Below are positions 41,567 to 52,154 of a stretch of DNA of 64,000 nucleotides, one piece after another. How positions within the stretch are numbered: position 1 is the stretch's first letter; each line of letters opens with the position of its first letter. Source of the DNA: Synechococcales cyanobacterium VAR_4_metabat_354. Lineage in GTDB: Bacteria > Cyanobacteriota > Cyanobacteriia > Cyanobacteriales > Chamaesiphonaceae. The DNA lies in NCBI GenBank assembly GCA_031414775.1, contig JANOQI010000016.1, positions 283,738 to 347,737 on the forward strand. The letters run 5' to 3'. The translations under genes were made by a program, and so were the position numbers. Under the pieces are notes generated by a model, which did no database searches, was not told where the DNA came from, and worked only from the letters and a program-made list of their open reading frames with translations.

Positions 41567-41647
41567 CGCCGTGAGGTTTAGATATTTAATTAAAAGGCAG
41601 TAATTGGTAAAGATTTAGTTAAAATCAATTAACCGCTTAATGTACTA

Positions 41648-42499
41648 ATGTCCATAACTCGTTTAATCAGTGCCATTGTTGCCATTGTCGTTGCCCTCGG
41701 CATATTATTTCTGGGCAGCTGGTACTTCACTATTGGCCTGTGCGCGGCTGTTTTCTTTGGACAGCAAGAGTATTTCCAGCTAGTACTAGCCAAGGGTGTC
41801 CAACCAGCGGTTAAATTCACGCTGTTCGTCAGTCAGATTTTTTTACTTGTGGCGGCGATCGCCCCCAATATTGTGGATGCGATCTTTCCCCTGGCCGGGA
41901 TTATGATCTGCTGTTATATGCTCTTTGCGCCGAAAATTGTATCGATCGCTGATCTGTCCACCTCAATTTTCGGCTTATTTTACGGTGGCTATTTGCCTAG
42001 CTATTGGATGCGACTGCGCGTTGATCCACCAGTTGAGGCGGGTAATTTTCAGCTCGGGAACTGGCCAGATTGGCAACAGTTATCCCCCGCCTTAACCCAT
42101 ACGCTGCTGGCCTTTATGTGCATTTGGGCAGCAGATATTGGCGCATATTTGTTCGGTAAAAACATTGGTAAAACTAAGTTGTCGCTGATTAGTCCCAAAA
42201 AAACTGTAGAAGGGGCTGTTTGTGGTTTCTTGGGCAGTATCGTCATCGGGATGGGTGGGGCGTACTATTTACAGTGGTCGCAATGGCTAATCAGTGGTTT
42301 ATTGTTCGGCTTGATGATTGGCTGCGCCAGTCTGGCTGGCGATTTAACAGAATCGATCATGAAACGCGATGCCGGAGTCAAAGACTCTGGTGATCTAATT
42401 CCCGGACATGGCGGCATCCTCGATCGATCGGACAGTTACATTTTCACTGGCCCTTTGGTATATTATTTCTTTAAATTGTTACTGCCTCTGTTAGCCTAA
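41648..42499 (+). CDS. cdsA: Phosphatidate cytidylyltransferase
   Basis: DIGAY.FG, ISPKKTVEG, GDLTESIMKRDAGVKDSG.LIPGHGGILDR.D. Confidence 0.96.
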   Translation: MSITRLISAIVAIVVALGILFLGSWYFTIGLCAAVFFGQQEYFQLVLAKGVQPAVKFTLFVSQIFLLVAAIAPNIVDAIFPLAGIMICCYMLFAPKIVSIADLSTSIFGLFYGGYLPSYWMRLRVDPPVEAGNFQLGNWPDWQQLSPALTHTLLAFMCIWAADIGAYLFGKNIGKTKLSLISPKKTVEGAVCGFLGSIVIGMGGAYYLQWSQWLISGLLFGLMIGCASLAGDLTESIMKRDAGVKDSGDLIPGHGGILDRSDSYIFTGPLVYYFFKLLLPLLA

Positions 42500-43247
42500 T
42501 CCGACCAACGGTAAACGCCCGGACTACGCCGTCTGCCCTCTGGATCTGGTAGCGACCCTGCTCATCAATGCCCTGCCCGGTGCCAGACCAATATTTCTCT
42601 GGAATTGGTGGCGGCAAATCAATACAAACTGCTCTGCCAAGTAACCCATCACGGCGGCGCAGTTCCGGCAGTAGTGAAGCTAAGCCACTGATCGATGCTC
42701 CTGTCAGCATACCGGCTACTTCCAGCAGGTAATGCCTTAACCGCTCTAGCAACAACAATTCACTAGGCACTGCCGCCTGGATCTGATGCAAACTAATCGG
42801 ATTAATACTCGCATCCCACCCGCTAAAATCTACCTGCCGGTTACAGCCAATCCCCACCACCACTCTTTGACCCTGGCCTTCTGACAAAATCCCGGCTAGT
42901 TTGCGTTGATCGCACCAGACATCGTTTGGCCACTTCAGCTGCAACAGCTGACGACAGGCTGGCAGTAGGTCTTCGATCGCATAAATCACCGCTAAACCAC
43001 TGGCTAAACTTAGGGCTGGCCAGTAGTGGGGGGCGACACCATCCAAAACAAAGCTAGCCGTCAAGACTCCCGGTGGCGAATACCATACTCGATCGCCCTG
43101 TCCCCGACCAGCGGTTTGTTGCTGGGTAAAGACCACATCCCCATGCTGAAGCGCAGGAGCATTAGCTAGCGCCCAACTGTTCGTACTGGGGGTTTCAGCT
43201 AAGCAATTTAGCCAGAGCGGATTATTTGCCAATAAACGTCCATCCAT
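42471..43247 (-). CDS. birA: Biotin--protein ligase
   Basis: STN, QTAGRGQ...W.SP, LKWPND, KLAGIL.E, GIG.N. No HTH; start probably ATG 43247. Confidence 0.9.
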   Translation of the reverse strand: MDGRLLANNPLWLNCLAETPSTNSWALANAPALQHGDVVFTQQQTAGRGQGDRVWYSPPGVLTASFVLDGVAPHYWPALSLASGLAVIYAIEDLLPACRQLLQLKWPNDVWCDQRKLAGILSEGQGQRVVVGIGCNRQVDFSGWDASINPISLHQIQAAVPSELLLLERLRHYLLEVAGMLTGASISGLASLLPELRRRDGLLGRAVCIDLPPPIPEKYWSGTGQGIDEQGRYQIQRADGVVRAFTVGRIRLTEAVTI

Positions 43248-43279
43248 CGTTAAAATAGAGAAAAGCACGGATCTAGCAT

Positions 43280-43636
43280 ATGTCAAATAACAATCGCGGC
43301 GCTTTATTAGTGGGATTAATCGTCGGCACTGCTGTGGGAGCAGTCGCCGGTTTGTTAGTAGCACCGCGCAAAGGCCAAGAAACCCGCAAGGTACTCCAGA
43401 AAGTAGCCGCTGCGGTACCCGATCTGGCAGAAGATTTGTCTGATACGGTCAAGCTGCAAACCGATCGAATAGCCACCGCTGCTGTGGGTAACTGGTCGGC
43501 AACAATCGATCGAGTGCAGCAATCTCTAGCTGCGGGTATTGTGGCCAGTCAGTCGGTGCAAAATCAAAGTGTTGTGAGCAATATGAATGCGCATGAATCT
43601 AACCCAGCGCCCAGCGCTTCCTTCGGCGGTGAATGA
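43280..43636 (+). CDS. YtxH-like protein
   Basis: GLIVGTAVGAVAGLLVAPRKGQETR. Confidence 0.88.
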   Translation: MSNNNRGALLVGLIVGTAVGAVAGLLVAPRKGQETRKVLQKVAAAVPDLAEDLSDTVKLQTDRIATAAVGNWSATIDRVQQSLAAGIVASQSVQNQSVVSNMNAHESNPAPSASFGGE

Positions 43637-44126
43637 TTTAGACCCCACCTTTTGGCTGGGTTGCTCGCTGTTATTGGTGGCTGTTAGTCTAACAGCGGTT
43701 TTGATGGCGGCCTTGCCGGTAATTCAAGAATTAGCCCGTGCCGCCCGCAGTGCCGAAAAGTTTTTTGATACTCTCAATCGAGAATTGCCGCCCACCCTGG
43801 CATCGATTCGCCTGACTGGTTCTGAGATTGGGGACTTAAAGAAAGATGTCGATCGAGGAGTTAAAAGTGCAGTTCAGGTGGTGGAAAAGGTTGATCGCAG
43901 TTTAGTCGTCACCAAAAAACAAGTTAGCCAAGCTCAAACAGCAGTCCAAGGATTTTGGGTTGGTACCAAGGCTGCTTGGCAAACTTTTCGCAGCTACAAA
44001 AATGCCCAGTCCCCAGCCCCAGCAATCCAAATCTCAGCCAGTGACCAATCTCAGCCACCCCTGAATTTGTCACCAAATTTACCCGCCACTGAAGGCGTAA
44101 ACAATTCACCAAACCCATCTCCGTAA
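43629..44126 (+). CDS. DUF948-like membrane-anchored protein
   Basis: DPTFWLGCSLLLVAVSLTAVL...ELARAARSAEK.FDTL.RELPPTL; GTG start overlapping the ytxH-like gene end. Confidence 0.75.
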   Translation: MNDLDPTFWLGCSLLLVAVSLTAVLMAALPVIQELARAARSAEKFFDTLNRELPPTLASIRLTGSEIGDLKKDVDRGVKSAVQVVEKVDRSLVVTKKQVSQAQTAVQGFWVGTKAAWQTFRSYKNAQSPAPAIQISASDQSQPPLNLSPNLPATEGVNNSPNPSP

Positions 44127-44356
44127 GTTAATCTCAACCAAGCGGATGTCGATCGATCTCCACTACCATCATCAATTCTCCCCAACTGTCCAATACTTGG
44201 CAGGATAGGAGAAAACATCTTAAGATTATTAGAATAAATTAAACGGTTAGTTAGTTTACATAGATACAACGTTTAGAAAAAGCCAAATTAATCGTTAGAA
44301 CTAATTTGACGCATCAGAGTGATGCTGATTGACCCAAAATTAAGGAGGTATCAATT

Positions 44357-45829
44357 ATGGGTGATGAAATTCTTGCAAAAATGGAGCCTCAAGAGCCTTT
44401 AAAGCCTAAAGAATCAGAAGAAATCATTTGGATTGAAGAACCACAATTTCCAGAAGCACAAAAAAAACGACGGGCATGGTTGATGCCACTATTTTTAGGC
44501 GCTGGTTTGGGCGGAGTAGTGGCCATGGGTGCAATGCAGATAAAATCGCCATCCAATGCCAAGTCAACAGATGCCCTAAATATTAAGCAAACATTATCAC
44601 CATCTCAAACTGTCACAGCAGGAACCGTGGAAACCAGCAGTATTCCGCGCGCATTGAATGCGAAAGGTACGATCGCCGCCCGGAATTTAATCTCGATCGT
44701 GCCCCAGCGGGGCGGCCAAATCAAGCAAATCTTGGTGAAAGAAGGAACCACCGTCAAGGCCGGACAACCGCTGGCCTTTGTTGATGATATTGAACTACAA
44801 ACTCAAATTAACCAAGCCCAGGCTCAGGTGCAATCGGATCGAGGGATCGTTCAGCAAAAGCAAGCTGCCTTAGCCGAGGCCAAGGCTGGTGCAACCCAAG
44901 CCGAAGCCAAGGAACAGGAATTGCGGGCGAATTTGGCACAAGTGATCGCCAAACAACGGCAAGCTCAGCAGAAATTGCAACGTTATCGCCAGCTAGCTGC
45001 CCAGGGAGCGATCAGTCAAGATACTTTTCAAGGATATGAAACCGATGCTGCCGCTCAAATAGCGGCGGTGCGTGCCGCGCAAGCAAATATCAGAAGTGGT
45101 CAAGCCAGTATTAAAAGCGCTCGAGCCACCGTGACTAGTGCCGAGGCCAATATTGACTCTGGCCAGGCTAATGTGAAGAACAGCTTGGCTAAAGTGGCAC
45201 AGCTGCGCGCCCAATTGGGACAAACCATAGTCCGGGCTCCCGCCGCTGGGATTATCACCCGACCCCAAGTCGAAGGCAAAATTCAAGAAATTGCCCAAAT
45301 CGGTGACTTTAGTGCCAGTAGCAAACCACTGTTTTCTTTAATCAGCAATGACCAACTAGAACTACAAGCCGAGGTGCCAGCCGGTCAACTGCCCCAAATA
45401 AAGATAGGTGCCGCTGCCGAAATCACTTCTGAAGCTGATCGTCAAGTACGTATCGCCGGGAGAGTTCGCAACGTGGAACAGCTAGTGAATGCTGGTAGCC
45501 GTCAAGCGATCGTCAAAATTGATTTTCCCCAAACAGCTTTACTGCGACCAGGCATGTTTGCCAAAGCGGCAATCATCACCAGTACGGCAATGGGTACAAT
45601 AGTTCCTGCCAAAGCGGTTCAATTCCAGCCCGATAAAAGTGCCTTAGTCTTCGTCCTAGCTGGTGAAGATCAAGTCCGTGCCCAAAAAGTAGAAGTGGGA
45701 GAACCGCTCAATGACAACAAAGTAGAAATTAGAACGGGTTTAAAATCAGGCGATCAGATCGTGATCGCTGGTGCTGGATATATCAAAGACGGTGACAGAG
45801 TCCGCATCGCCGCCAATACCAATAAATAA
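44357..45829 (+). CDS. RND efflux periplasmic adaptor subunit
   Basis: Single TM; lipoyl-like GQI..ILVKEG..VKAGQ.L; long Ala/Gln coiled coil; IVRAP..G, LRPGMF; AGGAGG RBS upstream. Confidence 0.93.
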   Translation: MGDEILAKMEPQEPLKPKESEEIIWIEEPQFPEAQKKRRAWLMPLFLGAGLGGVVAMGAMQIKSPSNAKSTDALNIKQTLSPSQTVTAGTVETSSIPRALNAKGTIAARNLISIVPQRGGQIKQILVKEGTTVKAGQPLAFVDDIELQTQINQAQAQVQSDRGIVQQKQAALAEAKAGATQAEAKEQELRANLAQVIAKQRQAQQKLQRYRQLAAQGAISQDTFQGYETDAAAQIAAVRAAQANIRSGQASIKSARATVTSAEANIDSGQANVKNSLAKVAQLRAQLGQTIVRAPAAGIITRPQVEGKIQEIAQIGDFSASSKPLFSLISNDQLELQAEVPAGQLPQIKIGAAAEITSEADRQVRIAGRVRNVEQLVNAGSRQAIVKIDFPQTALLRPGMFAKAAIITSTAMGTIVPAKAVQFQPDKSALVFVLAGEDQVRAQKVEVGEPLNDNKVEIRTGLKSGDQIVIAGAGYIKDGDRVRIAANTNK

Positions 45830-45872
45830 GTCTAGAAAAGCAACAGAGCATCCCTCTTTCCCAGATTTCCCT

Positions 45873-48800
45873 ATGTCTTTTAATATTTCCGAATGGTCGG
45901 TCAGAAAACCAGTCCCTACCATCGTCATATTTTTACTCCTGACGATCGTAGGTTGGTTTTCCTTTACTACTTTAGGTATTGATACTAACCCCAATATCGA
46001 TGTCCCGACAGTATCGATTACGGTGACGCAAGTTGGTGCAGGCCCAGCGGAACTAGAATCTCAGGTCACCAAAAAGATTGAAGATGCCGTGGCCGCATTA
46101 GGCAATATTGACAACATGATTTCGACGGTGAATGACGGGACTTCTACGACTGTCATTAACTTTTTGTTGGGTACCAATACCGATCGGGCTACTAATGATG
46201 TGCGTAATGCTGTTGCCCAAGTCCGCCAAGATCTGCCCCAAGATATCAATGAGCCGATCGTCAGGCGGCTGGAGTTTGCCGGGGGGCCAATCATGACCTA
46301 CGCCGTGACTTCTGAGCAGCAAACAGTCGAAGAAATCAGTAATCTGGTTGATCAAAAGATTAGTCGCGCTTTACTAGCCGTGAAAGGGGTTGCCCAAATC
46401 AAGAGAGTCGGTGGTGTGGATCGGGAAGTGCGGGTAAATCTTGATCCCGCCCGGTTGCAAAGTCTGGGGATTACTGCGACGCAAGTGAACGATCAAATTC
46501 GGACACTAAATATCAATTTACCGGGTGGCCGCGCCGAAATTGGCGGCAGTGAGCAAAGTATTCGGACGCTGGGGAGCGCTGATAGCGTCAATATTTTAAA
46601 AACCTATGAAGTTGTGCTCCCTAAAGGGGGTTCGGTAGCATTGTCGAGTTTGGGATCGATCGAAGATAGCTATGGCGATGTGCGCCAAGCAGCGAAGTTA
46701 AACAATAAGTCGGTGGTGGCTTTTCAGGTCTTGCGCAGTCCGGGCAGCGTCACCGTGACGGTGGAAAAAGGAGTGCAAGAGGCGATCGCCAAGCTGCAAC
46801 CGTCGTTAGCCAAAGATGTGAAGCTAGAACTGATTTTCACGCTGGCTACTTACATTAAGGAAACTTACGACAGTACGATTCATGATTTGATTGTGGCTTC
46901 GGTGTTGGCGGTGCTGACGATTATGTTATTTTTACGCAACTGGCGCGCCACTTTGATTACAGCTGTAGCTTTGCCCCTATCGATGATTCCGACCTTTGCG
47001 GTTCAACAGGCACTGGGCTATACCCTCAATAGCATGACCTTACTGGCCTTAGCCTTAGCTGTAGGTAACTTGGTAGATGATGCAGTGGTGGAAATTGAGA
47101 ATATGGAACGCCATATGGAAATGGGTAAACCGCCCTTTCAGGCGGCGATCGATTCCGCTGAAGAAGTGGGATTAGCGGTGGTGGCTTGTTCGGCCACGAT
47201 TGTGGCAGTGTTTTTACCGGTAGCCTTTATGGGCGGGATTCCGGGTCAGTTTTTTCAGCCTTTTGGGGTCACGGTGTCGGTGGCGACAATTTTTTCGACG
47301 TTCGTCGCCCGGATGATTACACCGATGATGGGTGCCTATCTACTCAAAGATAAACATATTCATCAGCAGCCCCCCGAACAAACCCAGTTATCTTCGCCGC
47401 GCCGCCGCTGGCAACCCTACAAATCAGTATTGACTTGGGCTTTGCGCCACCGACTGACCACAATTATTCTGGCGATCGCTTTTTTTGTCGGTAGTCTGAT
47501 GCTAGTGCCCCTGATTCCGAAGGGATTTATTGATTCCGGCGATGTGGGCATTTCGACGCTGACCGTCGAGTTACCACCAGGTTCTACCTTACAAGATACC
47601 GATCGGGTAGTGACCCAGACCACTAATTTAATACGCTCCAGCGCTGCTGGCAGTGCGATCGACAGTGTTTTAGCCACTGAAAATGTGAATACAGCCAGTT
47701 TGACCATCAAGCTTAAACCCCGAGAGGAAAGAGTTGCCCAAGTTGACTTTGAGCAGCAAGTGCGGCCAGAATTTCAGAAGATTCCGGGAGCCAGAATCAG
47801 TTTTCAATCCCAGGGCGCAGCTGGCAGCACCAAGGATTTAACCATTTTACTGAAGAGTGAAAACCCGGAAGCGCTGCAACAGGCCGCTAATGCTTTGGAA
47901 AAGCAGATGCGCACCGTACCAGGCTTGCTTGAAGTTAATTCTAGTGCGAGCTTGGTGCGACCCGAGATTTTGGTAATTCCCGATCCGCAGCGAGCCGGCG
48001 ATTTGGGAGTAACCGTGCAATCGATCGCCCGCACGGCCTCCCTAGCTACGATTGGGGATAATGAGTCTACTTTGGCCAAATTCAACTTAAGCGATCGACA
48101 AATTCCGATTCGGGTGCAAATTGACCCCAAAGCCAAAGCCGACATTAACAGTCTCAAAAATCTCCAAGTTCCGAGCCAGAATGGCAGTTTGGTGCCGCTG
48201 ATGGAAGTTGCCGATATCCGGTTTGGGAGTGGTCCGGCGCAGATCGATCGCTATGATCGATCTCGTCAAGTATCGATCGAAGGAAATTTAGCCAAAGGTT
48301 TCTCTTTGGGGGATGCCGTGCAAGCGGTGAATAAACTTCCTGCTTTGGCGAACTTACCAGCTGGCGTGGTGCAGCAAGAAGCGGGCGATGCCAAAATCAT
48401 GGGGGAAATCTTCTCTCGTTTTGGGATTGCGTTGGGACTGGCACTGCTCTGTATCTACTCGATTTTGGTGCTGTTATATAACAATTTTCTTCATCCGATC
48501 ACCATTATGATGGCCTTACCCTTTTGTTTGGGCGGTGCCCTCTTAGGGTTATTGATTGCCCAAAAAGCTTTGGGGTTGTATGCGTTGATTGGTATTGTGT
48601 TGTTGATGGGGATTGTCACCAAAAATTCGATTCTGTTGGTGGATTACACCATGCTTAATCTCCAAGCCGGTAAATCCCAACGGCAAGCCCTCCTCAATGC
48701 TGGGGTCTCTCGCCTTCGCCCTATTTTAATGACTTCCATTGCAACTATTGCGGGAATATTTCCGTTGGCATTAGGACTTGGCTCCGGTGCCGAAGTTCGT

Positions 48801-49007
48801 CAACCCATGGGAATTGCCATTATGGGAGGTTTTGTTACTTCTACCATGTTGACACTAGTAGTCGTTCCAGTATTCTTCTCCTACGTTGATAATTTTCAAC
48901 ACTGGATTTTGAATACCGCTCGTTATGGCTGGGGCAAAAAAGCACCGGAATTAATGGGTGGTGGGCACGATATGAACAATTCGGTGTATTTAGATAGCGA
49001 TCGTTAA
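45873..49007 (+). CDS. RND efflux permease (AcrB family)
   Basis: P.ID.P.V, GNLVDDAVVEIEN, AVFLP, GIVTKNSILLVD, RLRPILMTS. Start ATG 45873. Confidence 0.95.
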   Translation: MSFNISEWSVRKPVPTIVIFLLLTIVGWFSFTTLGIDTNPNIDVPTVSITVTQVGAGPAELESQVTKKIEDAVAALGNIDNMISTVNDGTSTTVINFLLGTNTDRATNDVRNAVAQVRQDLPQDINEPIVRRLEFAGGPIMTYAVTSEQQTVEEISNLVDQKISRALLAVKGVAQIKRVGGVDREVRVNLDPARLQSLGITATQVNDQIRTLNINLPGGRAEIGGSEQSIRTLGSADSVNILKTYEVVLPKGGSVALSSLGSIEDSYGDVRQAAKLNNKSVVAFQVLRSPGSVTVTVEKGVQEAIAKLQPSLAKDVKLELIFTLATYIKETYDSTIHDLIVASVLAVLTIMLFLRNWRATLITAVALPLSMIPTFAVQQALGYTLNSMTLLALALAVGNLVDDAVVEIENMERHMEMGKPPFQAAIDSAEEVGLAVVACSATIVAVFLPVAFMGGIPGQFFQPFGVTVSVATIFSTFVARMITPMMGAYLLKDKHIHQQPPEQTQLSSPRRRWQPYKSVLTWALRHRLTTIILAIAFFVGSLMLVPLIPKGFIDSGDVGISTLTVELPPGSTLQDTDRVVTQTTNLIRSSAAGSAIDSVLATENVNTASLTIKLKPREERVAQVDFEQQVRPEFQKIPGARISFQSQGAAGSTKDLTILLKSENPEALQQAANALEKQMRTVPGLLEVNSSASLVRPEILVIPDPQRAGDLGVTVQSIARTASLATIGDNESTLAKFNLSDRQIPIRVQIDPKAKADINSLKNLQVPSQNGSLVPLMEVADIRFGSGPAQIDRYDRSRQVSIEGNLAKGFSLGDAVQAVNKLPALANLPAGVVQQEAGDAKIMGEIFSRFGIALGLALLCIYSILVLLYNNFLHPITIMMALPFCLGGALLGLLIAQKALGLYALIGIVLLMGIVTKNSILLVDYTMLNLQAGKSQRQALLNAGVSRLRPILMTSIATIAGIFPLALGLGSGAEVRQPMGIAIMGGFVTSTMLTLVVVPVFFSYVDNFQHWILNTARYGWGKKAPELMGGGHDMNNSVYLDSDR

Positions 49008-49115
49008 ACACCCGATCAGCCTGACCCAATGGATCTAATCGACAGAACAATAGATTCGATCGATCAGATCGGGTATTATATTTACACAATAAAAATCACT
49101 TAATCACTAAATATT

Positions 49116-49202
49116 ATGGTTCTGACACTTGGCTGGGCAGCTTTGCTCGTTCTTTTTACCTTCTCAATTTCCATGGTTGTTTGGGGTCGAAACGGCTTTT
49201 AA
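49116..49202 (+). CDS. petN: Cytochrome b6f subunit VIII
   Basis: Below the track length cut-off. Manual translation [28 protein letters not shown] shows the PetN signature LGW...[10 protein letters not shown]. Confidence 0.95.
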   Translation: MVLTLGWAALLVLFTFSISMVVWGRNGF

Positions 49203-51163
49203 GGCTTGGCCGTCGCTTTGGTTGATGGCTGAAGAGTGACGCTGGGCAATGGAACCAGTGTTGCACTAGTGGACGGCTGGAGTGTCGTGCTAGGTGATGG
49301 CTTAGAAGTTGTACTAGATAATGGCGTTGGACTGGGTAAAGATATTACCTGACCATTGATCGGAATAATCTCTTCCTGCAAAATCAGAGCATCCATCACC
49401 TCTTTCACAATCGGTGCAGCCACCGTACTCCCAAAAGCTTCTCCCCGACCACCCATGGTCTTCTCATTTTGAGGTTCGTCTACTGCCGCAAATACCACGT
49501 AGCGATGGGGATTATCAACCGGTAGTATCCCCACAAAACTAGTGATCTTGGCTCCCACGAGGTAGCCGCCTCGGCTGCTAGCCTTTTGAGCTGTACCCGT
49601 TTTTCCGGCAATGGCAAATCCTCTAATCTGCGCTAGGCTACCAGTACCAGTTTCTACTACCGTTTGCATCATCTTGAGTACGGCTGCACTGTTCTCCGCC
49701 GAAAAGATCTGACGGGGCGCTGGCCGTTTGGGAGCATCCTGCCGCTGACTATTACTATCAAACAAGCCTTCCACTAAGTAGGGTGTCATCAGCTTGCCGC
49801 CGTTAGCCAATGCGCCAGTCATTGTGACCAGCTGAATTGGGGTTAAGGAAAGACCTTGGCCAAAAGAAGCAGTGGCTGGTTCGATCGGTGAAGTTAAAAA
49901 TGTGTTACGGTCTTTCATCGTTCCTCGCACTTCTGAAGGAAGATCAATTCCAACTCTTTGACCAAGACCTAGCCTTTCCAGCCAGTTGTGATAAGTGGTG
50001 GGAGAGAGCTTTTGCATCATCTCTACCATGCCGATGTTGCTGGAGTACTGTAGAACCTGAGCGGCATCGATCAGACCATGTTTTTTCTTATCAGAGTTGC
50101 GAATCGGATGGGTACCAATTTTAATGAACCCCGTGTCGTTAAACTTCGTCTCTGGGGTAATCACTTTATTTTCCAGAGCGATTGCCACATTTAGCGGCTT
50201 AAAGGTAGAACCAGGCTCGTATAAATCAGTAACAGCCCAGTTCTTGACATAGCGCTCTTTGGGGTAGCTGGTATAATTGTTGGGGTCGAAAGTCGGCTCG
50301 ATCACCATGGCTCGAATAGCGCCAGTCTCGGCATCCATCACAATCACAGTGCCCCGTTTGGCCTGCCATTTTGCGATCTGAGTTTTGAGCGCATTGCGAG
50401 CCACTCTTTGCAGGCGTAGATCAATCGTCAGCTTCAGTTTCAGATCGTCATAGTGGAGAAAATCTTCCCGCACTTCGTCCGGCAAAATTCCCCCATCCGA
50501 TGAACCGGTGCGAGTGAGGTGAAACTCCCGCATTTCTCTTTCTAATAGCTTTTCTTGGCTGAGTTCTACACCGGCTTGGGCTTTATAGTTGTTCAGATCT
50601 ACAAATCCCAATACCTCGGCGGCCATTTCGTTTTGGGGATATACTCGCCGGTAATCTTTGATAGTTTGCCTGATATCTAAACCATCATTTTTCAGGGCAC
50701 TCACCTGATCGTGGACTTCTTGGCCAAATCTTCTGCCCAAGAGAATGCCACCATCTTTTTCCTGGAACTTAGCTAACAGCTCCACGGCTGTGATATTCAG
50801 AATCGGTGCTAAAGACCGAGCCATTTCTGCTAGGGGAACTTGCCGAGTTTTGCCTTTGTTCTTATTCCCTTTCTCGACAATTAGCGTTCTAAACATGCCG
50901 GGATGGGCAAAAATGGTGTAGCTAGGCTGATCGGCGGCTACCACGTTGCCCTGTCGATCGACAATCGTGCGGCGAGGCACAAACGGCCGCTGAATAATTT
51001 GCTGAGTGGCTTGGGCTTTGCGGTGCAGATCATCACCATCCAGAATTTGGATCGTAAAAAGCTTTACTAATAGACCGATGGCAGCCAACATTAAGAATAG
51101 CCAAACCATCAATAGCCGGTTAGTTAAAAAACTGCGATTGATCGATCGAGGCGGAACGCTCAT
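49199..51163 (-). CDS. ftsI: Class B penicillin-binding protein (FtsI-like)
   Basis: [13 protein letters not shown] (SxxK), SSN (SxN), GKTGTAQK (KTG); Ser/Thr/Pro tail. Confidence 0.9.
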   Translation of the reverse strand: MSVPPRSINRSFLTNRLLMVWLFLMLAAIGLLVKLFTIQILDGDDLHRKAQATQQIIQRPFVPRRTIVDRQGNVVAADQPSYTIFAHPGMFRTLIVEKGNKNKGKTRQVPLAEMARSLAPILNITAVELLAKFQEKDGGILLGRRFGQEVHDQVSALKNDGLDIRQTIKDYRRVYPQNEMAAEVLGFVDLNNYKAQAGVELSQEKLLEREMREFHLTRTGSSDGGILPDEVREDFLHYDDLKLKLTIDLRLQRVARNALKTQIAKWQAKRGTVIVMDAETGAIRAMVIEPTFDPNNYTSYPKERYVKNWAVTDLYEPGSTFKPLNVAIALENKVITPETKFNDTGFIKIGTHPIRNSDKKKHGLIDAAQVLQYSSNIGMVEMMQKLSPTTYHNWLERLGLGQRVGIDLPSEVRGTMKDRNTFLTSPIEPATASFGQGLSLTPIQLVTMTGALANGGKLMTPYLVEGLFDSNSQRQDAPKRPAPRQIFSAENSAAVLKMMQTVVETGTGSLAQIRGFAIAGKTGTAQKASSRGGYLVGAKITSFVGILPVDNPHRYVVFAAVDEPQNEKTMGGRGEAFGSTVAAPIVKEVMDALILQEEIIPINGQVISLPSPTPLSSTTSKPSPSTTLQPSTSATLVPLPSVTLQPSTKATAKP

Positions 51164-51165
51164 TA

Positions 51166-51576
51166 TTAATAACCCACGGGACCCGGTAAAACTGCTGGCT
51201 GATCGATCGGTGCTGGCCTCATCACCGACTTTTGAGTATTAGCCGGGACATATAAAACTTGATCTGGTTGTGGTGCTACTAAGCCGCTTTGCGTTTTTTC
51301 GGCATTTTGAGCCTCCGCATCCTTCAACCGGGCATTGATAATAGCTTGTTGACTTTCTTGCGTCTGCAACTTCCGCAGCTGTCGATGGTTGACCTTCCAT
51401 TGGTCTTGGGTATAAACCACACACCCATAGGCAATCAAAGACAGGCCAGCGATCCCGCACAGAAAGTATTTAATGCCTTTTTCTACCGACTCCAACTTGG
51501 TAATTACAGCAGTTGGCTGGTCGATTTCCGGGGAGGAGTAAGGCGGAGTGGCAATCGATGGCTTAGAGCTATGCAT
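51166..51576 (-). CDS. FtsL-like bitopic coiled-coil protein
   Basis: Single TM then coiled coil; directly upstream of ftsI. Confidence 0.65.
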   Translation of the reverse strand: MHSSKPSIATPPYSSPEIDQPTAVITKLESVEKGIKYFLCGIAGLSLIAYGCVVYTQDQWKVNHRQLRKLQTQESQQAIINARLKDAEAQNAEKTQSGLVAPQPDQVLYVPANTQKSVMRPAPIDQPAVLPGPVGY

Positions 51577-51714
51577 GAGTACAATGTTGGGGTAGGTAGC
51601 CTGAACAGAGAAAGCATATAATTATGCTTATCAAATCATAGAATGTAATCATTCGCGATAGTGATTCTCCACTACCCAGCTTCAGAAAAATTCTAGATCA
51701 GGAAATTTAGATTA

Positions 51715-52053
51715 GTGACTCAGTCTCATTTTAGGATTTTTTCGATGCCCTTGTTATGTAGCATCAGAGCTATATTACTAGTTGTGTTCTCCTTAACCGC
51801 CGGACAGGCTCTGGCTCTGCCCCGTCCTGATGATTTACCAGAAGAATATTTACGCACCCAAATAATTTTTGAAGCTCGGTCGCCAATCACTGGTGAATCT
51901 CTCACGGCGGCCGACTATGCAGAATTATTAACTAGCCTGGATCAAGAGTTTAAAAAACAAGAAAATACCAATTTCGTCAAACCCTATCGAGAAGCATTGT
52001 TTTTATTACGTCTGCGTAAATTGATTAAGAGCATTGGTATACCAATTAAGTAA
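51715..52053 (+). CDS. Conserved hypothetical protein
   Basis: Signal-like N-terminus, then ALP.P.D.PEE.LRT.II.EARSP..G..LTAA.YAEL. Confidence 0.7.
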   Translation: MTQSHFRIFSMPLLCSIRAILLVVFSLTAGQALALPRPDDLPEEYLRTQIIFEARSPITGESLTAADYAELLTSLDQEFKKQENTNFVKPYREALFLLRLRKLIKSIGIPIK

Positions 52054-52154
52054 CTAAATTAAGTAAAATCGGTGAGATCCTATCAACTGGCCAGATTCCG
52101 ATCTACATTATTGGGGTGATAAAAATTGCCATTTAACAAAATTCTTAGGTAGCT

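Noticed and set aside
44225..44330. TetR-like operator upstream of the RND operon
   Set aside because: Only weak AT-rich dyads (taaacggttagttagttta; gcatcagagtgatgc) and no regulator gene nearby; not supportable.
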